Of a stretch of 37,174 bases of DNA, positions 24,122-34,893 are shown piece by piece. The notes under the pieces were generated by a model. That model was not told where the DNA came from. It ran no database searches and saw only the letters and a list, made by a program, of their open reading frames with translations. Every line of letters begins with the position of its first letter. Positions within the stretch are counted from its first letter, which is position 1. The DNA is taken from assembly GCF_001194135.2 (NCBI RefSeq), contig NC_068986.1, forward strand, positions 65,433,547-65,470,720, in the 5' to 3' direction. Source of the stretch: Octopus bimaculoides (Eukaryota). A program made the position numbers and the translations under genes.

Positions 24122-24355
24122 CTTAGGTATAATAAAAAAATATTCAGACAAATACATAACAAAAACACCAGGACTTACAAATATATATAACATACAGAAA
24201 ATTGCACTACTGGGCACTACACACATCCTACGCAAAACACTTTCAATGCAGTAACCATAAGAGCATCACAGCAAACCACAGCACATACCCAAGGCACACA
24301 GAGCTGCGCTCGGTAGTGAAGTGAAAGCACGTTATAAGAATAAAACTAACTGAAC
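24122..24355 (+). mobile_element. R4/Dong LINE 3' end (ORF C-terminus plus 3' UTR); (AAT)n tail at 24356-24427
   Basis: An open frame LGIIKKYSDKYITKTPGLTNIYNIQKIALLGTTHILRKTLSMQ* (stop at 24252-24254) matches the REL-LINE Q(K)xALLGTxxILR terminus. About 100 bp of UTR follow, then (AAT)n. Confidence 0.8.
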
Positions 24356-24427
<72 letters not shown>

Positions 24428-24429
24428 TG

Positions 24430-24615
24430 TATCAAATTTTGGCTGAAGGCTAGCTATTTTAGGTGGAGGTAGTTCGTCGATTTCGTTGGCCCCAGTACTT
24501 GACTGATACATTATTTTATCAACCTGTAGCGGAGGAAAGGCAGAGTTAACTTCGGGTGGTATTGAACTAGGTACGTAAAGAATCAAAACAAATACTGAAA
24601 CCAATCCATCTGTCA
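24430..24615 (-). mobile_element. Decayed tRNA-derived SINE
   Basis: CCCCAGTACTTGACTG...ATTTTATCAACC...GGAAAGGCAGAGTTAACTTCGG aligns with 32687-32902. A more decayed piece follows at about 24640-24735. Confidence 0.7.
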
Positions 24616-26420
24616 CTATAACGTTTTTTCGATAAACATTTCTGATATAGGCACAAGGCCAGAATGTCGGGAAAAGGGAACTGCTGACTTTAGTGCTTGA
24701 TTGGTTACTGTATTATATGAAGCCCAGGAGCATAGAAGCTAAACGTGATCTTCGTGAGATGACAGTGGCTATGGTGGCAGTGGTTGTGATACACGGAGAC
24801 GATATTTGCACTTATAATTAACATTTTTCGGTCAGCACAAAGTGTGCGAAAATGAATTAAAAAACTAAACTGCCTGTTAATTTCCTTACAGATTCTGCTA
24901 GATAACTTTCCTAAACTTTTGTTTTAATGTCAGCATCTAAGAAAGTCATTGTGTTTACTGTCACAATCAATTCATTAGAGTGTAGTTATGTTGTCATCAT
25001 ATTTTATTGAGCTTCTCTATGTCTCTGCTAAAGGAGGCACATGATCGAAGACAATTGTATCTTTCTGATACACATGACATTATCCAGTGTATCCTCCTTA
25101 TGTTTTGAGATGTTATAGTGTGAATTTAAGTGTTATATACTTGCTATTTCTAAGTCGTTTGTATCTCAAGTCTAACGGTGTTTGAACGCATGGTAGAGAT
25201 CGGTGGCGCGATTGGTGATAACTGAATAATGATTATGTTGTATTTTCATATTTATATTGATGGATGGAAAACCAGTAACAACTGACAATGAAGTTTCTTC
25301 TGCACTCAACGTGCAAGATGTAGCGCCCTAGTATCGCTTAAATCAAATTTTATCGTCTTGGCCAAGAACAGATCCAATGGACAGTATAGAGAATAGCTGT
25401 AAAGTTAACTGAGTATAGCTGTAATGCGTTTGATCATAGCCTTTTTCAGTCAAGAATGACCTAAGTGACAACATATACTATTTATTCTCGAAAGTATTTG
25501 AAGCAAATGAAATATAATGGTTATCGAGAATTGACACCCAATACTGTAGTCGATGTTTTATAGTGGTTAACTTCTCTACTTAACTCGATTAAAACATTGA
25601 CAGATTTGGAAGAAATTAATTTCTTTAAATTAAGACTTATTTATAATCCTTTTCAACATCTTGGTATATATTTTAGTGAGTAAGTATAAATAGATTTGAA
25701 ATCCCCAGGAAGTTTGAGCACAGACCATGAAGTACGTAACTAAATACATTAAATTATTTAGTTCACCGCCCTGCATAGTCTGTTGACTTAGTCACTTGAA
25801 GGCATTGTATTATATTGATGTCTTATATAGGTAAGAAAAAAAAAAGGACTCAGTTTTATGGCTGAGACGAAATGTAATTGTGTCATATGGCCTTTCTCAG
25901 CAACATTATTACTGAAAATGAAATGAAATTAATTCAACTGAAAATCGAGAATTCGTCGCGGAGACAGTGAGCTTTTGTCTTGCACAATAGAACTTCAGAT
26001 AACTAAAGAATATATTGGAATATAAGCACTGGGATAGCAATATCCATTTTAGTCCAAACAGGAAATAGGAAATAAACACTACTGCACGATGGCAGAACAA
26101 AGATGCGATAATAAAACTGACCGTCATTCCCTCGTCAGATCAACGCCTTGATAATTTTTAAGATATAACAAGAATTTACACTCAGGTATTAATGAAAACC
26201 TGGTTTAATATGGAAACAGTCGAGTAATTTATAGCTAAAGTGAATGGCCAATAGCATTTAATAATCATATTCTCTGTTGATTATGAAGATTTAAGCCATG
26301 AACTATTTCTCTAAGGTGCATTTAATTTTATACAGCAGAATGTATGGTTTAAGCTTTAAAGTCTGTAGCATACAACAGGGAAACGGTAGTTGAGGTGTGT
26401 ACTACTATTCCTATATGTGT

Positions 26421-26465
<45 letters not shown>

Positions 26466-26570
26466 GCAGGCAACAGGTAGGTAGGTAGGTAGGTAGGTAG
26501 GTAGGTAGGAAGGTAGGTAGCAAGGTAGGTAGGTAAATAAGTAGGTAGGTACGTATGTAGGTAGGTAGCT
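26421..26570 (+). repeat. (GATA)n to (GGTA)n compound microsatellite
   Basis: Read directly from the sequence. Confidence 0.95.
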
Positions 26571-27197
26571 GGGTAATATTATGAGAAAGACATAGAACAT
26601 AACATTGACAGTGAGACTAAAATACAGATAAAAAACAAGAAATAAAAATAAGAGAAAAATACCAATAACAACAACAACAACAAAAACAAACAGATTTATA
26701 TGTTTTTGGTTTCTAAGAAAATTAAATGAATTTAATCTATTCTATTGTTGTGAATATATGAAAATATTTGCTTGTTTTTCTATTGTAATTAATTAAACAT
26801 TATGCTCTATCATTGCAGGTATCGTCTTACGGCAGCAGTGAACATTGTGAAGACGGAGCAAGTTATATTTAGAACTATACATTCGGTTTCTCCGATGGAA
26901 AAACAAAACGCAAATAAAAACAAAACAAAGTAGTTAGTAAAACAGAATAAATCAGCCTACAAGACAAAAAAAAAGAATGATGTTGTTTATAATATAGAAA
27001 TTTAGTGGTGGAATTATTATGTTCACATTTCAGCATAGTTATAATGTTCGATTCTTCATCACTTGATTCTGAAAGCGAGGTACATTAGACAGGTGTTTAC
27101 TCCTATGGCAGCGGTTGACCAATAATGATTTGATGTATTTAAACTGAAGATCTCATCATGCGCGCGCCTGTAAGTGTTTGCGTGTGTGAGTAAGTGT

Positions 27198-27869
27198 ATA
27201 TGTGTCTATGTGAGTGCGTGTATGTGTATATGTATATATATATATATATGTATATATAGGACATGCCCATAGTCCTTCCATATGTAAGTAAATGAGAAAC
27301 AACAATCNNNNNNNNNNNNNNNNNNNNNNNNNNNNNNNNNNNNNNNNNNNNNNNNNNNNNNNNNNNNNNNNNNNNNNNNNNNNNNNNNNNNNNNNNNNNN
27401 NNNNNNNNNNNNNNNNNNNNNNNNNNNNNNNNNNNNNNNNNNNNNNNNNNNNNNNNNNNNNNNNNNNNNNNNNNNNNNNNNNNNNNNNNNNNNNNNNNNN
27501 NNNNNNNNNNNNNNNNNNNNNNNNNNNNNNNNNNNNNNNNNNNNNNNNNNNNNNNNNNNNNNNNNNNNNNNNNNNNNNNNNNNNNNNNNNNNNNNNNNNN
27601 NNNNNNNNNNNNNNNNNNNNNNNNNNNNNNNNNNNNNNNNNNNNNNNNNNNNNNNNNNNNNNNNNNNNNNNNNNNNNNNNNNNNNNNNNNNNNNNNNNNN
27701 NNNNNNNNNNNNNNNNNNNNNNNNNNNNNNNNNNNNNNNNNNNNNNNNNNNNNNNNNNNATATGTGTCTATGTGAGTGCGTGTATGTGTATATGTATATA
27801 TATATATATATGTATATATAGGACATGCCCATAGTCCTTCCATATGTAAGTAAATGAGAAACAACAATC
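27198..27869 (+). other. 110-bp exact duplication flanking a gap (27198-27307 = 27760-27869); probable contig-overlap artefact
   Basis: Identical sequence ends at the left gap edge and starts at the right gap edge. Confidence 0.85.
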
Positions 27870-28050
27870 ATAATTGCTTATAATTTAGGCATAAGATCTG
27901 CAGTTTTCATGGAGGGGATTCGGCGATTCAGTGTTTATTGTATCGACACTGGAATAGTGAAAACCACAATTATTCTCTGGTGGGGTTACAGCTCAAAAAT
28001 AGAAAGCACCGGAATACATTCCGCAATCGACCACTCTTAAAATAATATAC

Positions 28051-28200
28051 GAAGTGTGGGGGATAGAACTAATCGATTATATCAACTTCACTGGGACTTT
28101 ATTTTACCAATTCCGATAGGCTGAACAGAAGACTCGACCACGAAAGACATTCTGCTGAGAATTTTGTCCGACGTGGTAATGAATCTACCAGTTCACTGCC
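28051..28200 (-). mobile_element. Decayed tRNA-derived SINE
   Basis: AATCGATTATATCAAC...ACTTTATTTTACCAA...GTCCGACGTGGTAATGAATCTACCAGTTCACTGCC is the reverse complement of the family head. Confidence 0.6.
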
Positions 28201-28204
28201 TTAA

Positions 28205-29592
28205 AGCTAGAAAAACCGAACTCACATCATATGGAGAGAGGAACGTTAAGAATCAAGAGGGGTGTAGCTCAAATCAGTTCTTCAGTGAACACTATTCACT
28301 GCTTTATCAAGGATATCAAAATGGAATATGACTAAAAAACATATAGGGTAATATTCTTTACGCGAGGGACTTGAAGGTATAGAATTACGATGAGGTGAAA
28401 TCATGAAAAGGATTGATATTACCGGGCATATAGGAGGTGAATGAAATGTTGGAAGAAGAAATGAAGAAGAGCTTTAAGTAAGACTCCTGCTGCAGTCAAA
28501 ACAGAATGTGAGAAATAAGTTTCAAGCAATCAATTGGTGGGTGACTGCATTATTCAGGTATGGAGCACCTATTATCAATTGGAGAAAAGAGGTTACAGAA
28601 GCTAGATCGAAAAACTACTCACAATGCACGGAACACTCCATCCAAGAGCAATATTGACAGTCTATATTTAACCAAACGGATGGGAGCTAATAATCTGTAA
28701 AAGTTGTATATTTTGAGAAGAAAATCACTTGGAGTGGTACCAGATGTGCCATTAAATCCTTGCTGGCTTAGGTGAGAATATCTGGTATAATCAGGGCAGA
28801 TATGCGTGAAAACAGGGAAGTAGAAGGCAAAAGAAAAAAAGGAAGAGTAAGAAGAACAAAAGAAAAACAGAATGGAAAAAAAAAGATGTTTGTTTTCGTC
28901 ACGTCACAACACTAAGACAGAACTATTTCACCTCAAATTGCCCTGCTCTTTTTAACATCATACCAAGACGCATAAGAGAAGAAAAAGATCTAACATCCAA
29001 ATGAGTCCTACATGAATATCTCCAATAAATTTCAGATGAACCACCTACACCCGGGTATATCCCTGCAATCAATAACTCTTTACTAGAACAGGTTATGGTG
29101 CCCAAAGAATGACAGTAATATGAAACATCATTAAAGGTCTTTTCCAAGTGGTGCTGTTAAGTTAGATATGGCCTGGGCCAATTCTGGTCGAGACTTATCT
29201 AAGTATCTAAGTGTGGGCAATTTGCAAAAGAGGTGAAAGATAATGTGGACACCGATGGAATGTGGCATTGGCTGAGGAAGTAATTATCAGTGCTGCGTAG
29301 GAAAAAAAACTAAAGGCAAATAACACCAAATGCAGAATCGACAGTACAGCAGAAATACAAGTGTAGGTTGTGCAGGGATAAAGGTGAAACTGTATGACAT
29401 ATTTTTTAAAGAGTGCCTGAAGTTGGCCCAAAAGGAATATAAAAGAAGACACGATAATATCGCAAGTATGATTCGCTTGGGAGGTGTGTGGCAAGAACGT
29501 TTTGTATAGAGCAAGCCTCAAAAGAAGTAACCGAGAATGTCAAGGTAAAAATACACGAGATGTAATAATGCAATGCGATCAGCTGACTCATT
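28205..29592 (+). mobile_element. Decayed R4/Dong LINE: RT end, thumb, CCHC and RHD; endonuclease core missing
   Basis: TIHCFIKDIKME; LEGIELR*GEIMK; NKFQAINWW...RYGA.IINW; LQKLDRK..TMHGTLHP; GQFAKE...WHWLRK; CRLC...HI..ECLKLAQKEYKRRHDN (about 29360-29460); DVIMQCD. Confidence 0.85.
28889..29211 (+). mobile_element. 5'-truncated CR1/L2-like LINE 3' end nested inside the Dong copy
   Basis: RHVTTLRQNYFTSNCPALFNIIPRRIREEKD...DEPPTPGYIPAINNSLLEQ is a typical APE-LINE RT C-terminus. It is followed by a UTR and a (TATCTAAG)2 tail. The host frame reads ...K-M on the left and C-G-Q-F on the right of the insertion. Confidence 0.7.
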
Positions 29593-29956
29593 ATGTTTGA
29601 GGCTGACGATACGTGCATCTCTAATAACGAGTAGAAGTAGTCGGGGAGCATCATAGCCATGTGTTGAGAGGAATTCTTTGAGGTTTGGAGAATTCACCTC
29701 TGGAAACATGGAGGTTTCGTTCAACATACTTAAGCAAGCCTTATTCCGGGACCTTTAGAGCAGATTGGGCTACTCGACCTGAAGAAAATTCTGGTTGGGC
29801 TCCACCTGCAAGGTCATGCGCTGTTTATCTTGATATGAGATCACCTTATCACGCACATATGGTTGTGATGTATGTGCCTGGGTAGTCATGATGGGTATAC
29901 TGGGCTTCGTATATTTTACCCCAGTGTCACTTTCCTGGTATGCACTGCTCTCTCAC

Positions 29957-29957
<1 letters not shown>
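29593..29957 (+). mobile_element. 3' end of the (AAT)n-tailed retroposon, copy B
   Basis: Homologous to 3421-3790. It directly follows the Dong coding relic on the same strand. Confidence 0.7.
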
Positions 29958-30020
<63 letters not shown>

Positions 30021-30057
30021 TGATGATGATAATGATGATGATGATGATAATGATAAC

Positions 30058-30091
<34 letters not shown>

Positions 30092-30147
30092 GTAATAATA
30101 ATAATATTAATAATAATAATAATAATAGTAATAATAATAACAATAAC

Positions 30148-30237
<90 letters not shown>
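29958..30237 (+). repeat. (AAT)n tail with GAT/AAC/AGT variants
   Basis: Read directly from the sequence. Confidence 0.97.
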
Positions 30238-30475
30238 CGATTCTAATTTAAGGGGAAGTATTGTGGTATCTATTTATTTTTCCAGTTCAAATTCTACTGA
30301 GGCTAACTTTACTTTCATCTCTCCGAGGTCGGTAAAACAAGGTACCACAGGGTCGATATAATTGGTTATCTCCTCCCATCACTTTCAAGCCTTTTGTCTA
30401 TACTGGAAATACCTGCATATGTTTGCATTAGAAGAATACTACAATATTGTACACATGCATACATACGTATGTATG

Positions 30476-30506
<31 letters not shown>

Positions 30507-30814
30507 TCATGGGTGTATGTAAGCATGTGTATATAAAAAGGTTTAGTACATAATATGATAGAATTAAGAAATTCCATCATATGAATGGGAAGAATATTCA
30601 TGTGACTGTCGTTATTGTGCTTAGCAGTGTTTCTTTTGTTTAGTTTTGTTTCTTCATTTCCCATTTTTTTTTCATTCTTTTAATTTCGGTTCTCATTGTC
30701 AATGTCCTCAATGATTTTTACTAAGCTTTAAACATCTGCTTCTTTTCTATTTTGCAAATTATTCATCTGCTCCTTACTCTTGATAATAATCCTTTCATTA
30801 TTTCTTATATGTAG

Positions 30815-31016
30815 GGCGGCGAGCTGGTAGAATTGTTAGCAAACAGGGCGAAATGCTTTGCGGCATTTCGTCCGTCTTTATGTTCTGACTTTAAATTCCG
30901 CCGAGGTTGACGTTTCGGCGGAAATAAAAATAAGAACTAGTTGAAAACTGGGGTCGATGCAATCGAATTACTCCTTCCCTTGAAATTGCTTCCCCGTGCT
31001 AAAATTTAAAACAATC
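30815..31016 (+). mobile_element. tRNA-derived SINE, near full length (core partly deleted)
   Basis: GGCGGCGAGCTGGTAGAATTGTTAGC (A-box-like) ... GACTTTAAATTCCGCCGAGGTTGAC (B-box-like plus core) ... CTGGGGTCGATGCAATCGA. Confidence 0.85.
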
Positions 31017-31507
31017 ATTTATCATATGTGTCTAAATATACAATTCGGAAACTTATATATAAAAGGTGCTGCAAATGTGAGTTGGTGGGTGAGGTGGGGT
31101 ACATATGATAAACGGTGTTAGAGCAAAAACGTAATGTAATATATTCTAACAAATTGAATAATTGCTATACAAATCAAGTGTACGTAAATGCAAACAGGGA
31201 GTGTCTATCTCTACAGGAGTGAGAAACAGCTTGCTATGTAGGATCTGGGCATCTATGACTTTGAACACCTTTGCTATGATCATCTTCTGCTGCCGGTGTT
31301 CCGAAAATGTATATGAACAATTTTGAACTTTAGTCGAGGGGTAAAATGCACCCACTCTCCTGGGTCACCGTTAATTTGTGTCGTCATTCCCAACTGCCTA
31401 ACATTTAGAGGTGCCCGGTACTCTTCCCCATGTTGACTGCTTTATCAATGAGATAACGATTCTTACAGCCTACGCCTTAATGATAATGATGATGATGATA
31501 ATATTAA

Positions 31508-31697
31508 TTCTTCCTAATTTTGGTACATGGACAGCAATTTTTGATGGGTAACGTGAAGTCGACTAAACAGGTACTTTATTTTATCGACTCCAAAAGAGTA
31601 AAAAACAAAGTTTATCTCGTCGGAATTTTATTCAGAACGTAAAGAACCGGAAGAAATGCCACGAAGAAATGTCCGGCGTGCTAACGATTCTATCAGG
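31508..31697 (-). mobile_element. Decayed tRNA-derived SINE
   Basis: GGTACTTTATTTTATCGACTCC...GGAATTTTATTCAGAACGTAAAG...CCGGCGTGCTAACGATTCT aligns to the other copies. Confidence 0.75.
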
Positions 31698-32227
31698 CTG
31701 ATGTTTGTGGCTTATTTCAAAAATAGGCACGGAGACAGGATTTTGGTGGGAAGGTCTGTTAATTATTTGACTGGGGGTTTTCTCAACCACATGTTTAAGT
31801 GGAGTTTATTGATTAAACCTCTGAAACGTGTGCACTAGAAGCCTGGAAATGGAAGATTTCACTGGTTGTCCGCTTGCTACTGAGAGTTTTGAAATTATAT
31901 CTGTTTCGAAGATTGTTGTGAATTAGGTATTGAAGACTCCGGATCTATCTTTTCTCCCGAAAAGATAAAGATATTTTCCTTCGACCATGAAATTGACGAG
32001 CTGACAAAAATGTTCAGAAGTATCGAACAAGGTTGTTTACAGTTGTCGGTAGGAGGTTTGATAGGCAGTATATATAACAATGGAGATGTTGGCGATGTGA
32101 ATGCCACCGGTTGAAAAATGTATTCTGCTGAGAAAAAATTGGCAAAAAATTTGTAACAAAGACATCGCTACTATAGCTATTAACAAAACAAAATGACGAT
32201 GACTGAAAAAAGTGACCACAGTAACAG

Positions 32228-32241
32228 CGGCCGCCGCCGCC

Positions 32242-32301
<60 letters not shown>
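32228..32301 (+). repeat. (GCC)n(GCA)n(GTA)n compound microsatellite
   Basis: Read directly from the sequence. Confidence 0.95.
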
Positions 32302-32302
<1 letters not shown>

Positions 32303-32686
32303 GTATTTAGTTACACTCCTTTACGGTCTGAGTTGAAGTTCTACCAAGGCCAATCAAACCTATATTTTCGTAGGCTTTCTTGTAATCTTCCCAACCAACA
32401 GCTAAGTTTTAATTTCTTATTCGTACCTCATTTAATACTTTGCTACCAGTATACAACAGAACAGGTTCCTTTGATTTCTTTCTATATGCCGTTTGTCCTT
32501 GTTTCTATTTTTTTTTTTTATCTGATAATGCCTTAACTTTTTGGCTTTATTTCTTCTTTAGCGACCTGTTCCTAATTTCGTACTTTCTTTGGAGCTTGTT
32601 ACTGTGGATTTCTTTCCAGATTTTTTTTCAAATATTGCATTTACCCTTCCAAGTCTACAACAACAACAACAGCAATAATAATAATA

Positions 32687-32902
32687 ATGATTTCGAATTT
32701 TGGCACAAGACCAACAGTTTCGGTGGAGGAGGGCTAAGTCGATTTCATCGACCTCAGTGCTCAACTGGTACTTATTTTATCGATCCCGAAGGGTTGATAG
32801 GCAAAGTCAACCTCGGCGGAATTTCAACTCAGAACGTAAAGAGGGACGAAATGTCGCTAAGCATTTCGCCCGGCATGCTAACCACTCCGCCAGCTAGCCG
32901 CC
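32687..32902 (-). mobile_element. tRNA-derived SINE, full length, best-preserved copy
   Basis: The reverse complement reads GGCGGCTAGCTGGCGGAGTGGTTAGC...CTGAGTTGAAATTCCGCCGAGGTTGACTTTGCCTATCAACCCTTCGGGATCGATAAAATAAGTACCAGTTGAGCACTG, ending in an (ATT)n tail. Confidence 0.88.
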
Positions 32903-32944
32903 TAATTATGATAATGGTAATAATAATGATTGCGACGAGAGCGA

Positions 32945-32991
32945 TGAAAATAATTGTGACGACGACGACGATGACGACGATGGTGATGATT

Positions 32992-33042
<51 letters not shown>
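32945..33042 (+). repeat. (GAC)/(GAT)n microsatellite
   Basis: Read directly from the sequence. Confidence 0.93.
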
Positions 33043-33044
<2 letters not shown>

Positions 33045-33208
33045 AAAGAAGAGTTGTAGCGGGAAGGATGAATCCGATATTAAAGGAAAATAAAATAATC
33101 TTTAATACAATAAATTAGCAACATTCAAAAGTCCTTGCGAAAATCAGGGAAACAACAACTTCAGCACCGTTCGCATCGTTGTTAATGTTGCTGTAGCAAG
33201 TGAGAAAG

Positions 33209-33256
<48 letters not shown>
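33209..33256 (+). repeat. Poly(A) tract
   Basis: About 48 consecutive A. Confidence 0.95.
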
Positions 33257-33257
<1 letters not shown>

Positions 33258-33299
33258 AGCCGCAGATGAAGAGCAACAATTATGAGATAGTTAAAATAC

Positions 33300-33358
33300 A
33301 ACTTTAATTACAAACAAAACATTAGTCACATTATCATCATCAACAACAACAGCAGCAA

Positions 33359-33390
<32 letters not shown>

Positions 33391-34240
33391 GAATCAACAA
33401 CAACGATACGCCAATAGCAACGAAAAGCATTAACAAGATCTATTACAGCAAGAATAGCAACGAATGCTACGACAAGACTAGCAATGATTGTAACAAATAA
33501 GGACAAAAGGAATTACAACGTTGAAGAGAAAAGCAAGCAAGAACAACACCCACAATAAAAGGAGCAACAACAACAAGAACAGCGACGAAATGATTTGTGC
33601 TATAAAAAGCTAGAATAACCACGAAACCTATCGTAATAACCAACAACAGAGGCAACGATGACGTCGATGACAACGGCAAAATGTCAACGTCGCCTTGTCG
33701 CTGTCATGTTGGGAATATTTTTGATCTATTGCATGCCCACGTGACAATTTTTTTTATCATATCGGCTGTATAAGTGATGGTTGGGGTGATGGTGGTGATG
33801 GTGCTGACAGTGGTAGAAGTGGTGNNNNNNNNNNNNNNNNNNNNNNNNNNNNNNNNNNNNNNNNNNNNNNNNNNNNNNNNNNNNNNNNNNNNNNNNNNNN
33901 NNNNNNNNNNNNNNNNNNNNNNNNNNNNNNNNNNNNNNNNNNNNNNNNNNNNNNNNNNNNNNNNNNNNNNNNNNNNNNNNNNNNNNGTGGTGGTAATGGT
34001 GGTGCTGATGCTGGTGATTGTGATGGCATTGATGATAGTGTTGGTGGTGGTGGTGGTGGACTGACTCTGATGGCAGTAGATACGTTGGGATTGTGAGCAA
34101 TGTAGTGGTTGTGATGGTGGTGATGGTTGCAGTGGATTTGGTGACCGTACGGTTGATGTTGCAGATGTTGGTGCTGGTGGAGGTTGTGGTTGTAGTGGTG
34201 GGAGAGAGAGAGAGAGAGAGAGTTGGGAGAGAGAGAACAA
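33300..34240. repeat. Degenerate (AAC)n, (GGT/GAT)n and (GA)n low-complexity block with a gap
   Basis: Read directly. It accounts for the T/H/V/P-rich ORFs. Confidence 0.85.
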
Positions 34241-34822
34241 AAGAATGACAGAGTGAGTAGGAGGAAAAGATGTAGAGAGACCAGCGAGTACGCCAATGCA
34301 GATTAGCATATCACCATTTCGGCCCTGTCACGAAGTGGAGTAATGGATAGGATAGGGTAGGCGGTGGGGTATCTTGGCAGTCGTTGTGACCCTTCCTCGC
34401 CTGAACCCTACACATCACTCTCCACCCATAACACCCGCATCCTCATCTTCTCTCCTCCACCCCTTTAACGTGCAACGGTATCGTCATATGCAAATCAAGC
34501 AAAGATTTCTTCCGTCAATGTATAAATATGGGTTGATGTCTTTCTTATTGATACTCTGCTGTCATAACTTGGTGAATTTTGTCCCAACCCGAGCAATTTG
34601 GAGTTGGGTGGCCACAAGAACACTCTAGAACTTACAGATAAAATTAAATTTATATACTCATTCTAGATGTATGCAATAAATCTAAATAAAAGCTGCATCA
34701 ATTTATGCATGCATTTCTGTATCCATTTATATAGTTCTGAATTTGTATGTGCATATGTATTCATGCATGTCTGTATGCACGTGTGCATATATCTAAGACT
34801 ATATATTTACATAAATGTATGA

Positions 34823-34831
<9 letters not shown>

Positions 34832-34891
<60 letters not shown>
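34832..34891 (+). repeat. (TG)n microsatellite
   Basis: Read directly from the sequence. Confidence 0.97.

Positions 34892-34893
<2 letters not shown>

Noticed and set aside
30815-30905. tRNA gene
   Set aside because: The A/B boxes continue into a SINE body found in many copies, and there is no intact cloverleaf. The same holds for 250-322 and 32810-32902.
32440-33093. 217-aa ORF
   Set aside because: It consists of T-rich sequence, (AAC/AAT)n, the antisense SINE and (GAT)n, so it is not a gene.
33089-33256. Processed pseudogene or retrocopy poly(A) tail
   Set aside because: The nearest AATAAA is about 95 bp upstream, and there is no upstream ORF or TSD.
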